A stretch of DNA of 64,000 nt from Polyangiales bacterium (GTDB lineage: Bacteria; Myxococcota_A; Polyangia; Polyangiales; Ga0077539): the NCBI GenBank assembly GCA_044229975.1, contig JBGARZ010000011.1, forward strand, positions 32,001 through 96,000, in the 5' to 3' direction. The translations under genes were made by a program, and so were the position numbers. Each line of letters begins with the position of its first letter. Position 1 is the first letter of the stretch. Positions 19,311 through 30,238 of the stretch are shown here, piece by piece. A model generated the notes under the pieces. It saw only the letters and a list, made by a program, of their open reading frames with translations, searched no databases and was not told the DNA's origin.

Positions 19311-19724
19311 TCAGCTTCCGGCGTCGCAGGTCCCGCGGAAGTTGGGCTCGATTCCCTGACGAACCTGCTCGGCCGCGACGCATGCGTTGAGCGCGCAGGA
19401 CTCGGCAGGGCAGACTGGCTCCAGGGGCTCTCCACACATGGCCGGCGCCCGCCCGACACACCGCAGGGACGTCTCCATCTCATCGCGGCACACCGACGGG
19501 AGGTCGCGCAGACTGCCCACGCACGAGTCCGTGCACAGGGCCCGGTAGCCTTCCCGTTGGATCGCGGGGCAGGCGTCGCTGCTCCGACGACAGTAGGTCG
19601 CGCAGAGCGTCTCCAGTGACGCGTCCGCCGGGACCGAAGCGTCGGCTCCGCTCGCAGCGGTGCCACCGCAGCCCATCAACGTCAGCGAGAGCAAGCCCGC
19701 CCATCCCATCGAGTGAAGGTTCAT
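19311..19724 (-). CDS. Small Cys-rich lipoprotein
   Basis: Lipobox 'LMGC'; many Cys; start uncertain. Confidence 0.55.
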   Translation of the reverse strand: MNLHSMGWAGLLSLTLMGCGGTAASGADASVPADASLETLCATYCRRSSDACPAIQREGYRALCTDSCVGSLRDLPSVCRDEMETSLRCVGRAPAMCGEPLEPVCPAESCALNACVAAEQVRQGIEPNFRGTCDAGS

Positions 19725-19845
19725 GGCGGCGGTGCGTTGGCAACCGCGATGCCACCGGACATTGCCGCGGAAAACGCTGCGGGAGACTCAGCCAGGCGAG
19801 GCAGCGACGACTCGCAGCGAGACACGCGCGTTACGATCGGAGGGG

Positions 19846-20262
19846 TCAGTCGACGACGAGGGCGACGTCGATGTTGCCGCGGGTCGCGTTGGAGTACGGG
19901 CACACGCCGTGGGCCGCGGCCATGAGCGCCTCGGCCTGCTCGCGCGGGAGCTCGTCGAAGCGGCCGTGGAGCTCGACGCGCAGCTTGAAGCCCGCGTCGA
20001 CCTTGTCGAGGGACACCTGCGCGTTGATGCTGAAGGGCCCGACGGTGATCTTCTGCATGCGAGCGACGAGGCCGAGCGCGCTGCCGAAGCACGCGGAGTA
20101 GCCCGCGGCGAAGAGCTGCTCGGGGTTGGCGCCCGGCGCGCCGTTGCCACCGAGGCCCTTCGGGATGGTGAGCGCGAGGTCGATGGTGCCGTCGTCGGTG
20201 CGGACGCGGCCTTCGCGGCCTCCGGTGGCGGTGGCGTTGGCGGTGTAGAGCGTGGTGGTCAT
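19846..20262 (-). CDS. ohr: Organic hydroperoxide resistance protein
   Basis: 'LYTANATATGGREG', 'NPEQLFAAGYSACF', 'AHGVCPYSNATRGNIDV'. Confidence 0.95.
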   Translation of the reverse strand: MTTTLYTANATATGGREGRVRTDDGTIDLALTIPKGLGGNGAPGANPEQLFAAGYSACFGSALGLVARMQKITVGPFSINAQVSLDKVDAGFKLRVELHGRFDELPREQAEALMAAAHGVCPYSNATRGNIDVALVVD

Positions 20263-20270
20263 CGGGGTGT

Positions 20271-20729
20271 TCAGCCTTTCTCGGAGGGAGCCTCGGCGCC
20301 TTGCGCGCGGAGGTTGTCGGTCAGCTTCTTGAGGTCGGCGCGGAGGCGCGTGAACTCGGCCAGGGTGATGCCCGAGCGGCACGCCATCGCCGCGGGAACG
20401 CTCACCGCCCGCTTGCGGAGCGCGCGCCCGGCGGCGGTGAGATGGATGCGCACGACGCGCTCGTCGGCGGGGTCACGCGTGCGCTGCACGAGGCCCTGCG
20501 CGGCGAGGCGCTTGAGCAGCGGCGTGAGGGTGCCCGAGTCGAGCTGGAGCCGGGCGCCGAGCTCCTTCACCGCGAGCCCGTCGGACTCCCAGAGCGTCAT
20601 CATCGCGAGGTACTGCGGGTAGGTGAGACCCAGCGGCGCGAGCAGCGACTGGTACGCCTGCGTCAGCGCGCGCGAGGCGGCGTACACGGCGAAGCAAAGC
20701 TGGCGATCGAGCCTCAGCGCATCAACCAT
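20271..20729 (-). CDS. ohrR: MarR family peroxide-sensing regulator
   Basis: 'LRLDRQLCFAVYAASR', 'LGLTYPQYL', 'LDSGTLTPLLKRL'; adjacent to ohr. Confidence 0.9.
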   Translation of the reverse strand: MVDALRLDRQLCFAVYAASRALTQAYQSLLAPLGLTYPQYLAMMTLWESDGLAVKELGARLQLDSGTLTPLLKRLAAQGLVQRTRDPADERVVRIHLTAAGRALRKRAVSVPAAMACRSGITLAEFTRLRADLKKLTDNLRAQGAEAPSEKG

Positions 20730-20734
20730 CGTGG

Positions 20735-20754
20735 ACAATCATATTGTGCACAAT
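20735..20754. promoter_or_regulatory. Putative OhrR operator
   Basis: AT-rich ACAAT-CAT-ATTGT (20735-20747) overlapping the perfect palindrome ATTGTGCACAAT (20743-20754), immediately upstream of ohrR. Confidence 0.6.
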
Positions 20755-20844
20755 CGAATCGAGCGCAAGAGGTGAGCGGAGATTTTCTGGGCGATGGGGT
20801 CGGCGCTCTCCCTCCGGTCACAGCCACCTTGAGAGGAGCACCGC

Positions 20845-22638
20845 TCAGTCCCCGCGCAGGTACCCCTCCAGCACCTCCGGCGCGAGGAAGGGATACATGT
20901 CCTGTAGCGGCTTCGACACCATCGTCCCGTCGGGCAATCGCTGCGACTGAACCGTCGGGATGATCTGCTGCTCGTACGCGGTGAACACCTCGAAGAACAT
21001 CGGCGCCCCCGACGCGACGGCCTCGCGCATCCCGTCGCGCAGCTCGTCGGCGGTGCGCGCCGCGCGGTAGCGGAGACCGAAGGCCGCGCAGAGCTTCTCG
21101 TGGTCGGGGATGGCCAGGCCCGAGCGCGCGTCGGTGCCCGAGAGGAAGCCGCCGAAGTAGTTGTTCTGCGTGTTGCGGATGGAGACGTAGCCGGCGTTGT
21201 TGACCACCACCATCACCGCGTTGAAGCCGTGGTGCGCCAGCACCGAGAGGTCGTGCAGGTTGGTCTGCAACGACCCGTCACCGGTGAGCCCGATGACCCG
21301 CCGCGAGGGGTCGGCCGAGGCCGCGCCGAGCACCGCCGAGCTCGTGTAGCCCATCTGCCCGAGGCCGCCGGAGATGATGACCCGCTGCCCCGGACGCGCG
21401 CGAAACGCCTGCCCCAAGGTGTAGTAGGCCGAGCCCGCGTCGGCGATGAGCACCTCGTCGCCGCGGGTGTGCTCGTTGAGCGCGAAGATCACGTCGTAGT
21501 AGCTGAGCTTGCCGTCGGGCCGCGGGTGCGGCTCACGGTCGACCGACAGCTCCTCCTTCAAGCGACGACAGTGGGCGTGCCACGCGCCCTCCGGCGCGAT
21601 GACCCCGGGCGCGCGCGCGGCGAGGCGTTCGATGAAGACCTCGACGGGGGCCTGGACCTTGCGCTGCACCCCGACGGCCTCGCGCCGCAGGATCATCTCG
21701 TCCATCTCGACCTGGATCTTGTAGGCGTCGGGCGCGAAGCGCTTGAGCTCGTACCCGGTGGTCATCGCGTGCAGGCTGCAACCGAGCGCGAGGATCACGT
21801 CCGCCGACTGCACCGCGATGTTGCCCGCGCGGTCGCCCTTCAGGCTCGGATGGCCCACCAGCAGCGGGTCGCCGTACGGAACGAGGTCGTTGGCGAGAGG
21901 CGTCGTGGCGACGGGGAGGTTCCAGAGGCGAACGAGCTCACGGAAGCGCTCGGCGGCACCGCTGACGCGCACGCCGTGGCCCGCGAGGATGAGCGGCCGC
22001 CTGGCCGACGCGAGGCGCGCGAGGATGTCGTCGACCTCCGCGTCGTCGAGCGTCGGCATCGGCGGAACGAACGACTCGTCGCAGCCTTCGAGCTCCGCCG
22101 GGTCGATGAGCGCGCCCTGCACATTGAGGGGAATCTCCAGCAGCGTCGGACCGGGTCGCCCGGAGGTCGCGAGCCCGATGGCCTTGTCCACGTGGAAGCG
22201 GATCTTCTTCGGGTCGTCGACGAAGGCCGCGTACTTCGTGATGGGCGCCGCGATGGAGACCATGTCGACCTCGAAGGTGCCGAACTGCCGCACCGCGAGA
22301 CCGGTGCCGCGGATGGTCTCGGATGCCTTCGCCTGGCCGACGATGAAGAGCACCGGGGTGGAGTCGGTCCACGCCTGGGCGATGCCGGTGACGGTGTTGG
22401 TTCCGCCGGGGCCGCTGGTCGCGTAGCAGACGCCGAGGGTGCCCGTGAGCCGGGCGTGGGCCTCGGCCGCGAAGGCACACGACTGCTCGTGATGGCTGCA
22501 CACGTAGCGAATGGTCTCGCTGCGGCTGACAGCATCTTGGAGGTGCATCATCCCGCCACCGGCGAGGAAGAAGACGCGGGTGACGCCCTGCTGTTCGAGG
22601 CGACGGGCGATGTAGTCGGCGACGCGGACGCGGCTCAT
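20845..22638 (-). CDS. Thiamine diphosphate-dependent enzyme, acetolactate-synthase-like
   Basis: 'HHEQSCAFAAE', 'TSGPGGTN', ThDP motif 'GDGSLQTN...NNAGY'. Confidence 0.9.
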   Translation of the reverse strand: MSRVRVADYIARRLEQQGVTRVFFLAGGGMMHLQDAVSRSETIRYVCSHHEQSCAFAAEAHARLTGTLGVCYATSGPGGTNTVTGIAQAWTDSTPVLFIVGQAKASETIRGTGLAVRQFGTFEVDMVSIAAPITKYAAFVDDPKKIRFHVDKAIGLATSGRPGPTLLEIPLNVQGALIDPAELEGCDESFVPPMPTLDDAEVDDILARLASARRPLILAGHGVRVSGAAERFRELVRLWNLPVATTPLANDLVPYGDPLLVGHPSLKGDRAGNIAVQSADVILALGCSLHAMTTGYELKRFAPDAYKIQVEMDEMILRREAVGVQRKVQAPVEVFIERLAARAPGVIAPEGAWHAHCRRLKEELSVDREPHPRPDGKLSYYDVIFALNEHTRGDEVLIADAGSAYYTLGQAFRARPGQRVIISGGLGQMGYTSSAVLGAASADPSRRVIGLTGDGSLQTNLHDLSVLAHHGFNAVMVVVNNAGYVSIRNTQNNYFGGFLSGTDARSGLAIPDHEKLCAAFGLRYRAARTADELRDGMREAVASGAPMFFEVFTAYEQQIIPTVQSQRLPDGTMVSKPLQDMYPFLAPEVLEGYLRGD

Positions 22639-22718
22639 GGGCGGGACGGTACCGCCGAACGTCTCCCGACACAGCACCCTCGGGAATGCGCCCGCGGACG
22701 TCGTCGTTGCGCGCTCCG

Positions 22719-24041
22719 ATGGCCCACTGGCTGGCGCTGCTCCTCGCGGGGATCGTGTCGCTGCTGCTCTGTGTGGTGGCGGTGTTGACCACGCTCGCGG
22801 GCCTCGCGATGGCCCTGCTCCGTCGGCGCCGTCCGTCGGTCGTCGTGCGGCGCTCGGTGCGGGCGATGGTGCTCACGGCGCTCGTCGGGGTCGCGCTCGT
22901 CGCGGTCGCGCTCCGTTGGGGTCACTCCCCCGCGGTGCTCGCGGGCATCGACGTCGTGGCGCTCACCATCCCGCGCGACGCTTCGCAGGCGCGGTCGCCC
23001 GACCCGCGGTGGGAGATCCTCGCGGGCGACATGCACTGTCACGTCTTCCCGTGGGACCCGCGCCATCACGCCGCGCGCGACCTCGATGCGACCGTGCGCC
23101 TCGCCCGCTCCGAGGGCCTCGACTTCGTCGTGGTGACCCCGCACTTCTGGTGGGTGCACTGGCCCGAACCCTGGGTGGCCGAGCACTACCGCGCGCTGCA
23201 CCGCGACCTCCACGCGACGCTCGCGGCGCGCTCGTCGCCGGAGCTCGTTCTCATCCCTGGCATCGAGTACACCGACGACACGGGCGGGCACACGGGCCTC
23301 GCGTTTGGCGACGTCGACGCGAGCCTCGCGGCCTTCGAGCGACAGCGCGACCCGTCGGACTTCTTCCGCACCTACGTCGCGACGGGCGGCCTCGTGACCA
23401 TCCATCACCCCTTCCTCACGCCGCTGCGAACGCGGCTCCCTCAGGCCGGCGACATCTCGTGGCGGCCCTTCACCGCGCCCGACCAGGCCGTCGCTCCGGC
23501 GATCACCACGCTCGATGGGCTCGCCACGCAGGTCGAGACCTTCAACCTCGGCGTGTCCGAGCTGCGCGACCGCTTCTCCCTCGACGACCACGACGCATCC
23601 CTCCGAAGGGCCTTCGCGCAGATCGACCGGGAGGTTCCGCGGCGACGGCGTCGGATGACCGCGACGGGCGGAACCGACAGCCACGGCAGCTACCTGCGAC
23701 CGACGGTGTTCGTGCTGGCCGAGCGGCGCGACCGCCGGGCCATTCGCGAGGCGCTGATGGCGGGGCGGACGTGCGTTCGCTCGCGGGCGGGATGCACCTT
23801 CGAGGCGTCGGCGGACAGTCGGTCGTGGGGCCCACCGGGGAGCGCGCTGGAGGGCGTGACGGAGGTCTATGTGCGGGCGCGCGGCGAGCGCATCGAGGTG
23901 CTGCGCGACGGGGTCGCGGTGGCGCACCCGCGGGACGGCGAAGCGGCGCGGGTGGCGGTGACGCCGGGGCGATGCACGGTGCTGCGCGCGACGGTGGACG
24001 CCGGGTGGTCGGGCGCCGTGTACGCCAACTGCGGGCTGTGA
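22719..24041 (+). CDS. Membrane-anchored PHP-domain (CehA/McbA-like) metallohydrolase
   Basis: Two N-terminal TM segments; 'GDMHCH', 'GLDFVVVTPH', 'PGIEYT..GGH', 'HHP', 'GGTDSH'. Confidence 0.75.
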   Translation: MAHWLALLLAGIVSLLLCVVAVLTTLAGLAMALLRRRRPSVVVRRSVRAMVLTALVGVALVAVALRWGHSPAVLAGIDVVALTIPRDASQARSPDPRWEILAGDMHCHVFPWDPRHHAARDLDATVRLARSEGLDFVVVTPHFWWVHWPEPWVAEHYRALHRDLHATLAARSSPELVLIPGIEYTDDTGGHTGLAFGDVDASLAAFERQRDPSDFFRTYVATGGLVTIHHPFLTPLRTRLPQAGDISWRPFTAPDQAVAPAITTLDGLATQVETFNLGVSELRDRFSLDDHDASLRRAFAQIDREVPRRRRRMTATGGTDSHGSYLRPTVFVLAERRDRRAIREALMAGRTCVRSRAGCTFEASADSRSWGPPGSALEGVTEVYVRARGERIEVLRDGVAVAHPRDGEAARVAVTPGRCTVLRATVDAGWSGAVYANCGL

Positions 24042-24079
24042 CGGCCATCTCTCAAGGCCGCTGTGTCCGCTCACGGACC

Positions 24080-24220
24080 GGGGTTGGTCGCGGCTACGGC
24101 GCCGACCAGCCGATCGAACCCAACGCCACGGCGGAAGGGCGAGCGCGCAACCGACGGGTGGCGTTTCGCATCCTCCATGCGGACCCGCCGCCGCAACGCG
24201 GTCCGTGCACCAGCGCGTGA
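24080..24220 (+). pseudogene. C-terminal remnant of an OmpA-like peptidoglycan-binding domain
   Basis: 'GYGADQPIEPNATAEGRARNRRVAFRI' is the OmpA C-terminal signature; the rest of the domain is absent. Confidence 0.65.
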
Positions 24221-24224
24221 GCCG

Positions 24225-24749
24225 TCAGGTCGCGGGCGCGTCGAGCGGATACTTCCGCGACGCCGCGTAGAGCACGATGGCCGCGGCGGTGGTCAGGTTG
24301 ATGGACCCGCCGAAGCCGTCCGAGGGGATCTCCACACACTGGTCGGCCAGCGCGAGAACCTCCGCGGAGACGCCGTGCCGCTCGGCGCCGATCACCAGAC
24401 AAAGTGGCGCGTCGCAGCGCATGGACTCTGGCGCGATGCTCCCCTCGGCGAGCTCGATGGCCGCGACGATGTAGCCCTCGGCGCGGCTCTCACGCGCCAC
24501 GCTCGCGGCGTCTGGGCGCGACTCCCACGGGACCCATCCCACGGTGCCCGCGGCGGCCGAGAGCAACCGTCGGCGGTGGGGTTCGAGGTCGTAGCCGGCG
24601 ACGTACAAACGCTCCACGCGGAACGCATCGCAGAGGCGAAACATCGTCCCGATGTTGGGCAGGTAGCTGACGCCGTCGAGCACGACGCGAATCGGGCGGC
24701 GCGGCAGGTTGGGGAAGTCACGGCGGTCGGGGCGCGGTCGCGGCGGCAT
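24225..24749 (-). CDS. TrmH/SpoU family RNA methyltransferase
   Basis: 'VVLDGV...NIGTMFRLCDAF', 'VIGAERHGVS', 'IPSDGFGGSINLTTAAAIVLY'. Confidence 0.9.
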   Translation of the reverse strand: MPPRPRPDRRDFPNLPRRPIRVVLDGVSYLPNIGTMFRLCDAFRVERLYVAGYDLEPHRRRLLSAAAGTVGWVPWESRPDAASVARESRAEGYIVAAIELAEGSIAPESMRCDAPLCLVIGAERHGVSAEVLALADQCVEIPSDGFGGSINLTTAAAIVLYAASRKYPLDAPAT

Positions 24750-25696
24750 CAGAGTGTCTCGCCCAGGAGGCGGATGCAGCGCAACCGCAACGTTCCGATG
24801 CGGTCGCGGAAGAAGTCGAAGTTGGTGCGCACCGACGCCTCGAAGCCCGCGCCGATGTAGCCCGCGGGGCAGGTGTCCTCGAAGGCCGCTCCTCCGGCGC
24901 CGTCGCCGTGACGACGGAGCACCACGCCGAGCTCGCCAGAGGTCAGCCACGTCGCGACGGGAGCGCAGGTCTCCTGGAGGCGGTCGATGACGGCGCCGCC
25001 TCCGCCGCCGAAGCGGACGATGACCTGACCCGCCGGGCACGAGTCGTCCTGGCTGGTGTTGTACGTGGCGCCGACGCGGGCGCTGAGGGTGGAGGTCCCG
25101 AGGGTTCCGTCGGTGTTGAGTCGCGCGCACCGGGCCGCGATGCCGCTGACGTACTCCGAGGCCCAGGTCGTGAGCCCGACGAGCACCTGCCCGTCGCCGC
25201 ACTCGCGACGGACGATGGCCGTGCTCGTGGGCGCCGAGCTGCGCCACGGCGTGTAGACCACCTCTCCCGCCGCCAGGCGCCAGCGATTCGGCGCGCCCAC
25301 GTCCGCGGGACGAACGTCCACCGCCACGTCCGTCGTGACGTCCGTCGTGACGTCCGCCGTCACATCCGGCGCGACGTCCGCGGTCACGTCCGCCGCCACG
25401 TCCATCGCGACGTCGTCGGGGACATCCTGGGCCGCGGCGTCTTCCGCGCTGCCCGCGTCGATGATCGGGCGGTCATCTTCCATCGGCAGCGGGACGTCCG
25501 TCGCCTCACCGAGATCGACCGCGACGCCGAGGTCGACCGCCGCGCCGAGGTCGGTGAGCGCTGGTGCGTCGCGCGCCTCGACGACGTCGACGGGCGTGAG
25601 AGCTCCCCCGTCCGGCAGCGCGCGAAGCGCCGGGTGCCTGGGCTCACAGCCCAGCGCGACGAACCAGCACACCATCGACGCGATGCAGTAGCGCAC
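24749..25696 (-). CDS. Lipoprotein with Asp/Val-rich linker and C-terminal jacalin/beta-prism-like domain
   Basis: Lipobox 'ALGC-EPRHP'; three repeats 'C.aG.v..G....g..vd.l...C'; start approximate. Confidence 0.65.
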   Translation of the reverse strand: MRYCIASMVCWFVALGCEPRHPALRALPDGGALTPVDVVEARDAPALTDLGAAVDLGVAVDLGEATDVPLPMEDDRPIIDAGSAEDAAAQDVPDDVAMDVAADVTADVAPDVTADVTTDVTTDVAVDVRPADVGAPNRWRLAAGEVVYTPWRSSAPTSTAIVRRECGDGQVLVGLTTWASEYVSGIAARCARLNTDGTLGTSTLSARVGATYNTSQDDSCPAGQVIVRFGGGGGAVIDRLQETCAPVATWLTSGELGVVLRRHGDGAGGAAFEDTCPAGYIGAGFEASVRTNFDFFRDRIGTLRLRCIRLLGETL

Positions 25697-25769
25697 GGCG
25701 GCGGACTCTAAACCCCTTCCGCCCCCGCGGGAGATGGGCGTACCTTCGCCCCAACCGTTGAGGACGGGG

Positions 25770-27139
<1,370 letters not shown>

Positions 27140-27143
<4 letters not shown>

Positions 27144-28198
27144 AGCGAGCTCTCCGATGGGCGCTGGTCGCGTCCGCGCTGCTGTGTGCAACGCCCGTCG
27201 GCGCGCAGACCAATGGATGCCGCGACATGGAGTCGATGCTCAACACGGGGCTTCGGCTGCGGCGCGACGGGCTCGACGCGGCGGCGCTGGAGGTGTTTCG
27301 CACGCTGCGCACCCGGTGCCCCCGGCCGCAGGTGATCGCGCAGGTCGCGCTGGCCGAACACGCGCTGCACCGCTGGCGCGACGCGTGGGTCCACCTGGAG
27401 AGCGCGCTGACCGACGTCGACGACCCGTGGATCAACTCGCGCCGTGTGGCGCTGGAGACGGTTCTCGGGGAGATACGGCCGCACCTCGCGGGGCTCATGG
27501 TGCGCGGCGACTTCCCCGGCGCGCAGGTCGCGGTCGACAACGTGGTCATCGGAACGCTCCCCTTGCGCGAACCATGGCGAGGCCCCGCTCCCTCGGTGGA
27601 GGTCGAGGTGCGGCCCGCGGGACAGGCGCCGCTCCGTCGCACCGTCACGCTTCAGGAAGACCACGTCACCGAAGAGACCTTCGCGATGCCAGCGCCGGTG
27701 GTCGTTGCTCCGCCCGTCGTCGTCGTACGGCCGGTCGCGGCACCGGTGGCGGAGCGCGCGTGGCAACGACCCGTCGGATGGACGGCGGTGGCGGTCGGCG
27801 GTGCGCTGCTCGTCGGCGGCGCGGTCGCGTGGGTCATCTCGGCGGGTCAGGCCAACAGCATGGAGAACGCCACGCCCCTCAGCGCGAACCCCTACGGCGC
27901 CTGGGCGCGCTTCGAGGCGGACGAGAACTACAGCCGCACGCGCTCGCCCTCCGAGGTGTGCGACCTGGCGCAACAACGCAGCGGAACCGACGCGTCGCAG
28001 GTGCGCGACCTGTGCTCCTCCAACGCGACGGCGACGACCCTGGCGCTGGGTCTGGGCATCGCCGGGGCGGTGGTGGGAGTCGCGGGTGTGGTGACGGTGC
28101 TGACGGCGCCGACGTCTCGCGCGACACGATCGGGCGTGCGGATGTCGCCGGGCGTGGGGCCGGGCTACGCGGGCGCGTCCGTCGCGTGGAGCTTCTGA
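27140..28198 (+). CDS. TPR/PEGA-domain envelope protein
   Basis: Signal peptide; helical TPR-like region; PEGA-like 'GAQVAVDNVVIGTLPL'; hydrophobic Gly-rich segments; terminal 'SVAWSF'; ATGA overlap with the kinase. Confidence 0.75.
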
Positions 28199-28204
28199 CC
28201 GACC

Positions 28205-29569
28205 TCAACGAGGTGTGAAGCGGTAGCCGGTGTTGGGTGCGACGGCGCCCGTGCGGTTGAGGCTGACGAGGCGTCCCGCGGTCTGCTCGAAGGACTCCAG
28301 GCCGATGGTCGCTTCGCCGCCGCGGGAGAAGCTGCTGTTGCGGTTCTCGGAGCAGTAGACGAACTCGATGACGTTGGTGGTCTGGAAGAGGCGCGCCTCG
28401 AAGGACACCGTCGTGGCGCGGTCGCGGTAGAAGCTGACGTTGCTCCAGAGGACGTGGACGACGCGGGAAGGGGACGCGCCGTCGATCCAGAAGTACACGC
28501 CGCCGGACATGGTACCGACGATGAGGTCGTCCCAGAGGGGCGCGACGACGCCGCGCGGGAGCCCGCTGAAGGGGAGGCTGTGGTTGCGCCACGCCGTGTC
28601 GGACGACGGGCTCATGCCGCTCGCAGCGAAGGTGACGAAGCCGTTGGTGTCGTAGGTCAGCCGGTCGACGGATCGCCCGAAGTAGCTGAACGAGAAGCCC
28701 AGCGCCGTGACCGACGAGGCAACGTCGTCTCCGCTGGAGAGCCTCGTGGCGCTGCTCGGAATGGTGCTGCATCGCAGGGTGGTGAGCAGCTCCTGGGTGT
28801 ACGCGACGGAGGGCTCGGCGGCGGTCACGTCGAGGACGAGGTCGAAGGCGCCGGAGGTCGATCCGCTGCTGGAGCGGTAGCCGTCCACGACGAGGTAGTA
28901 GGTGCCCGCGGGGAGGTCGACGGTTCCGGTGGTGGTGGTGGCGTGGTCGAGGCAGGCGACCTCGTCGCGGAAGCGATGGTCGTCGGTCGCCTGCTCGGTG
29001 CAGCTCTGCGTGAGGTAGACCACCGGGACAAACGCCGTTCCGGTCGGACGGGCCGTCCAGGTGAGGCGACTGAAGGCAGGTAGCGTGACGAGGTAGCCGA
29101 CGTCGGCAGCGGCATCGTCGGCCGCGCAGCTCGGGCGGTGGTCGTTGGTGCGCCCGGCGGTGGTGCCGGTGAGCGCGTAGTGACCGAAGCCGGCGACAGT
29201 GGGGACGCCAGTGAGCACGCAGCTCTCAGTGGCGCCGCCGGTGGTCGTCGGGCCGGTGTCGATGGGGGTTGTGTCGGCGGTGATGGGTGGGACGTCGATG
29301 GCGCTGACGTCGATGGAGGCGATGTCCACGAGCGCGACGTCGGGAACGTCGACGGGCGCGGGGACGTCATCGGGGGCGATGACGACGTCCAAGGGGCTCA
29401 CGTCGGGGGCGACGACGGTGACATCGGTGCCCGCGTCGGGAACGTCCTCGGTCAGGGTGTCTGATGGACTGACAGAGTCGGGTGTCGCCCTGAAGTCGGG
29501 GTGTCGCGGCTCGCAGCCGACTGCGAGGTAGCCGACCACCATCCACCTCGCCGCGCGCTTGAGCTCCAT
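28205..29569 (-). CDS. Lipoprotein with acidic linker, PPC-like and nidogen-like domains
   Basis: Lipobox 'AVGC-EPRHP'; 'LPAGTYYLVVDGY'; 'LGFSFSYFG...TNGFVTF...VAPLWDDL'. Confidence 0.7.
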   Translation of the reverse strand: MELKRAARWMVVGYLAVGCEPRHPDFRATPDSVSPSDTLTEDVPDAGTDVTVVAPDVSPLDVVIAPDDVPAPVDVPDVALVDIASIDVSAIDVPPITADTTPIDTGPTTTGGATESCVLTGVPTVAGFGHYALTGTTAGRTNDHRPSCAADDAAADVGYLVTLPAFSRLTWTARPTGTAFVPVVYLTQSCTEQATDDHRFRDEVACLDHATTTTGTVDLPAGTYYLVVDGYRSSSGSTSGAFDLVLDVTAAEPSVAYTQELLTTLRCSTIPSSATRLSSGDDVASSVTALGFSFSYFGRSVDRLTYDTNGFVTFAASGMSPSSDTAWRNHSLPFSGLPRGVVAPLWDDLIVGTMSGGVYFWIDGASPSRVVHVLWSNVSFYRDRATTVSFEARLFQTTNVIEFVYCSENRNSSFSRGGEATIGLESFEQTAGRLVSLNRTGAVAPNTGYRFTPR

Positions 29570-29595
29570 AGCGCGTGGGACTCTACTGGGCGGCT

Positions 29596-29638
29596 CGTGA
29601 TGGGAGAAGAAGCCGCAAGGGCGCGAGGGTCGCAAGGG
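29596..29638 (+). repeat. Left inverted-repeat arm of the GxxExxY cassette (27-bp core at 29612-29638)
   Basis: GCCGCAAGGGCGCGAGGGTCGCAAGGG is the reverse complement of 30239-30265 at 26/27 positions. Confidence 0.9.
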
Positions 29639-29677
29639 AAAGGAGGAAGGGAAAGGAGGAAGGGAAAGGAGGAAGGG
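29639..29677 (+). repeat. Purine-only tandem repeat (AAAGGAGGAAGGG)x3
   Basis: Three exact 13-mers directly inside the left IR arm. Confidence 0.9.
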
Positions 29678-29704
29678 AAAGAGGAGGAAAGAAGGGGAGC
29701 ATTG

Positions 29705-30130
29705 TTAGCGCTGACCCAGCGGCGAATCGAGCGACTCGTCGGCCTCGCCTTGTGCTTCGAGCCGTTGGTTGCGAGCGACGCGCTTCACGCCTCGGAGCAA
29801 CACGGGCACTTGGAAGTTGATGAGAAGGGCGAGCGAGAGTCCCGTCGCCTTGAGGTACGACAGCGCCTGCGCCGTGTGGACGTCGTTGAGGTGCTCAACC
29901 GCCTTGAGTTCAACGACCACGGTCTGTTCGACGAGCAGATCCATCTGTCCCGCGCCGACCCCTTGCCCTTTGTAGTCGACCCGAAAGACCATATGTCTTT
30001 CGAACCTCACGCCCCGCAACCCGAGCTCGATCTCGAGCGCAGCCTGGTACACCGATTCGAGGTAGCCGGGCCCGAGGTGTCGATGCACCTCGACGGCGGC
30101 GATCAACACACGCCTTGCGACCTCGTTCAC
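29705..30130 (-). CDS. GxxExxY protein (PD-(D/E)XK nuclease-like family)
   Basis: 'AAVEVHRHLGPGYLESVYQAALEIEL', 'DLLVEQTVVVELKAV', 'AQALSYLKATG...LLINF'; start uncertain because the frame stays open through the upstream repeats. Confidence 0.92.
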   Translation of the reverse strand: MNEVARRVLIAAVEVHRHLGPGYLESVYQAALEIELGLRGVRFERHMVFRVDYKGQGVGAGQMDLLVEQTVVVELKAVEHLNDVHTAQALSYLKATGLSLALLINFQVPVLLRGVKRVARNQRLEAQGEADESLDSPLGQR

Positions 30131-30175
30131 CCCCAGTGGAGTGTCACGAAACCTCGCTGATGAGCTTGCAACAAG

Positions 30176-30238
30176 CCCTTCCTGCCCCTCCCGCCCTTCC
30201 TGTCCTTCCTGCCCCTCCCGCCCTTCCTGTCCTTCCTG
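30176..30238 (-). repeat. Seven 9-bp tandem units (cccttcctg / cccctcccg / tccttcctg)
   Basis: Read directly; in frame with GxxExxY, encoding QEG/REG repeats. Confidence 0.9.
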
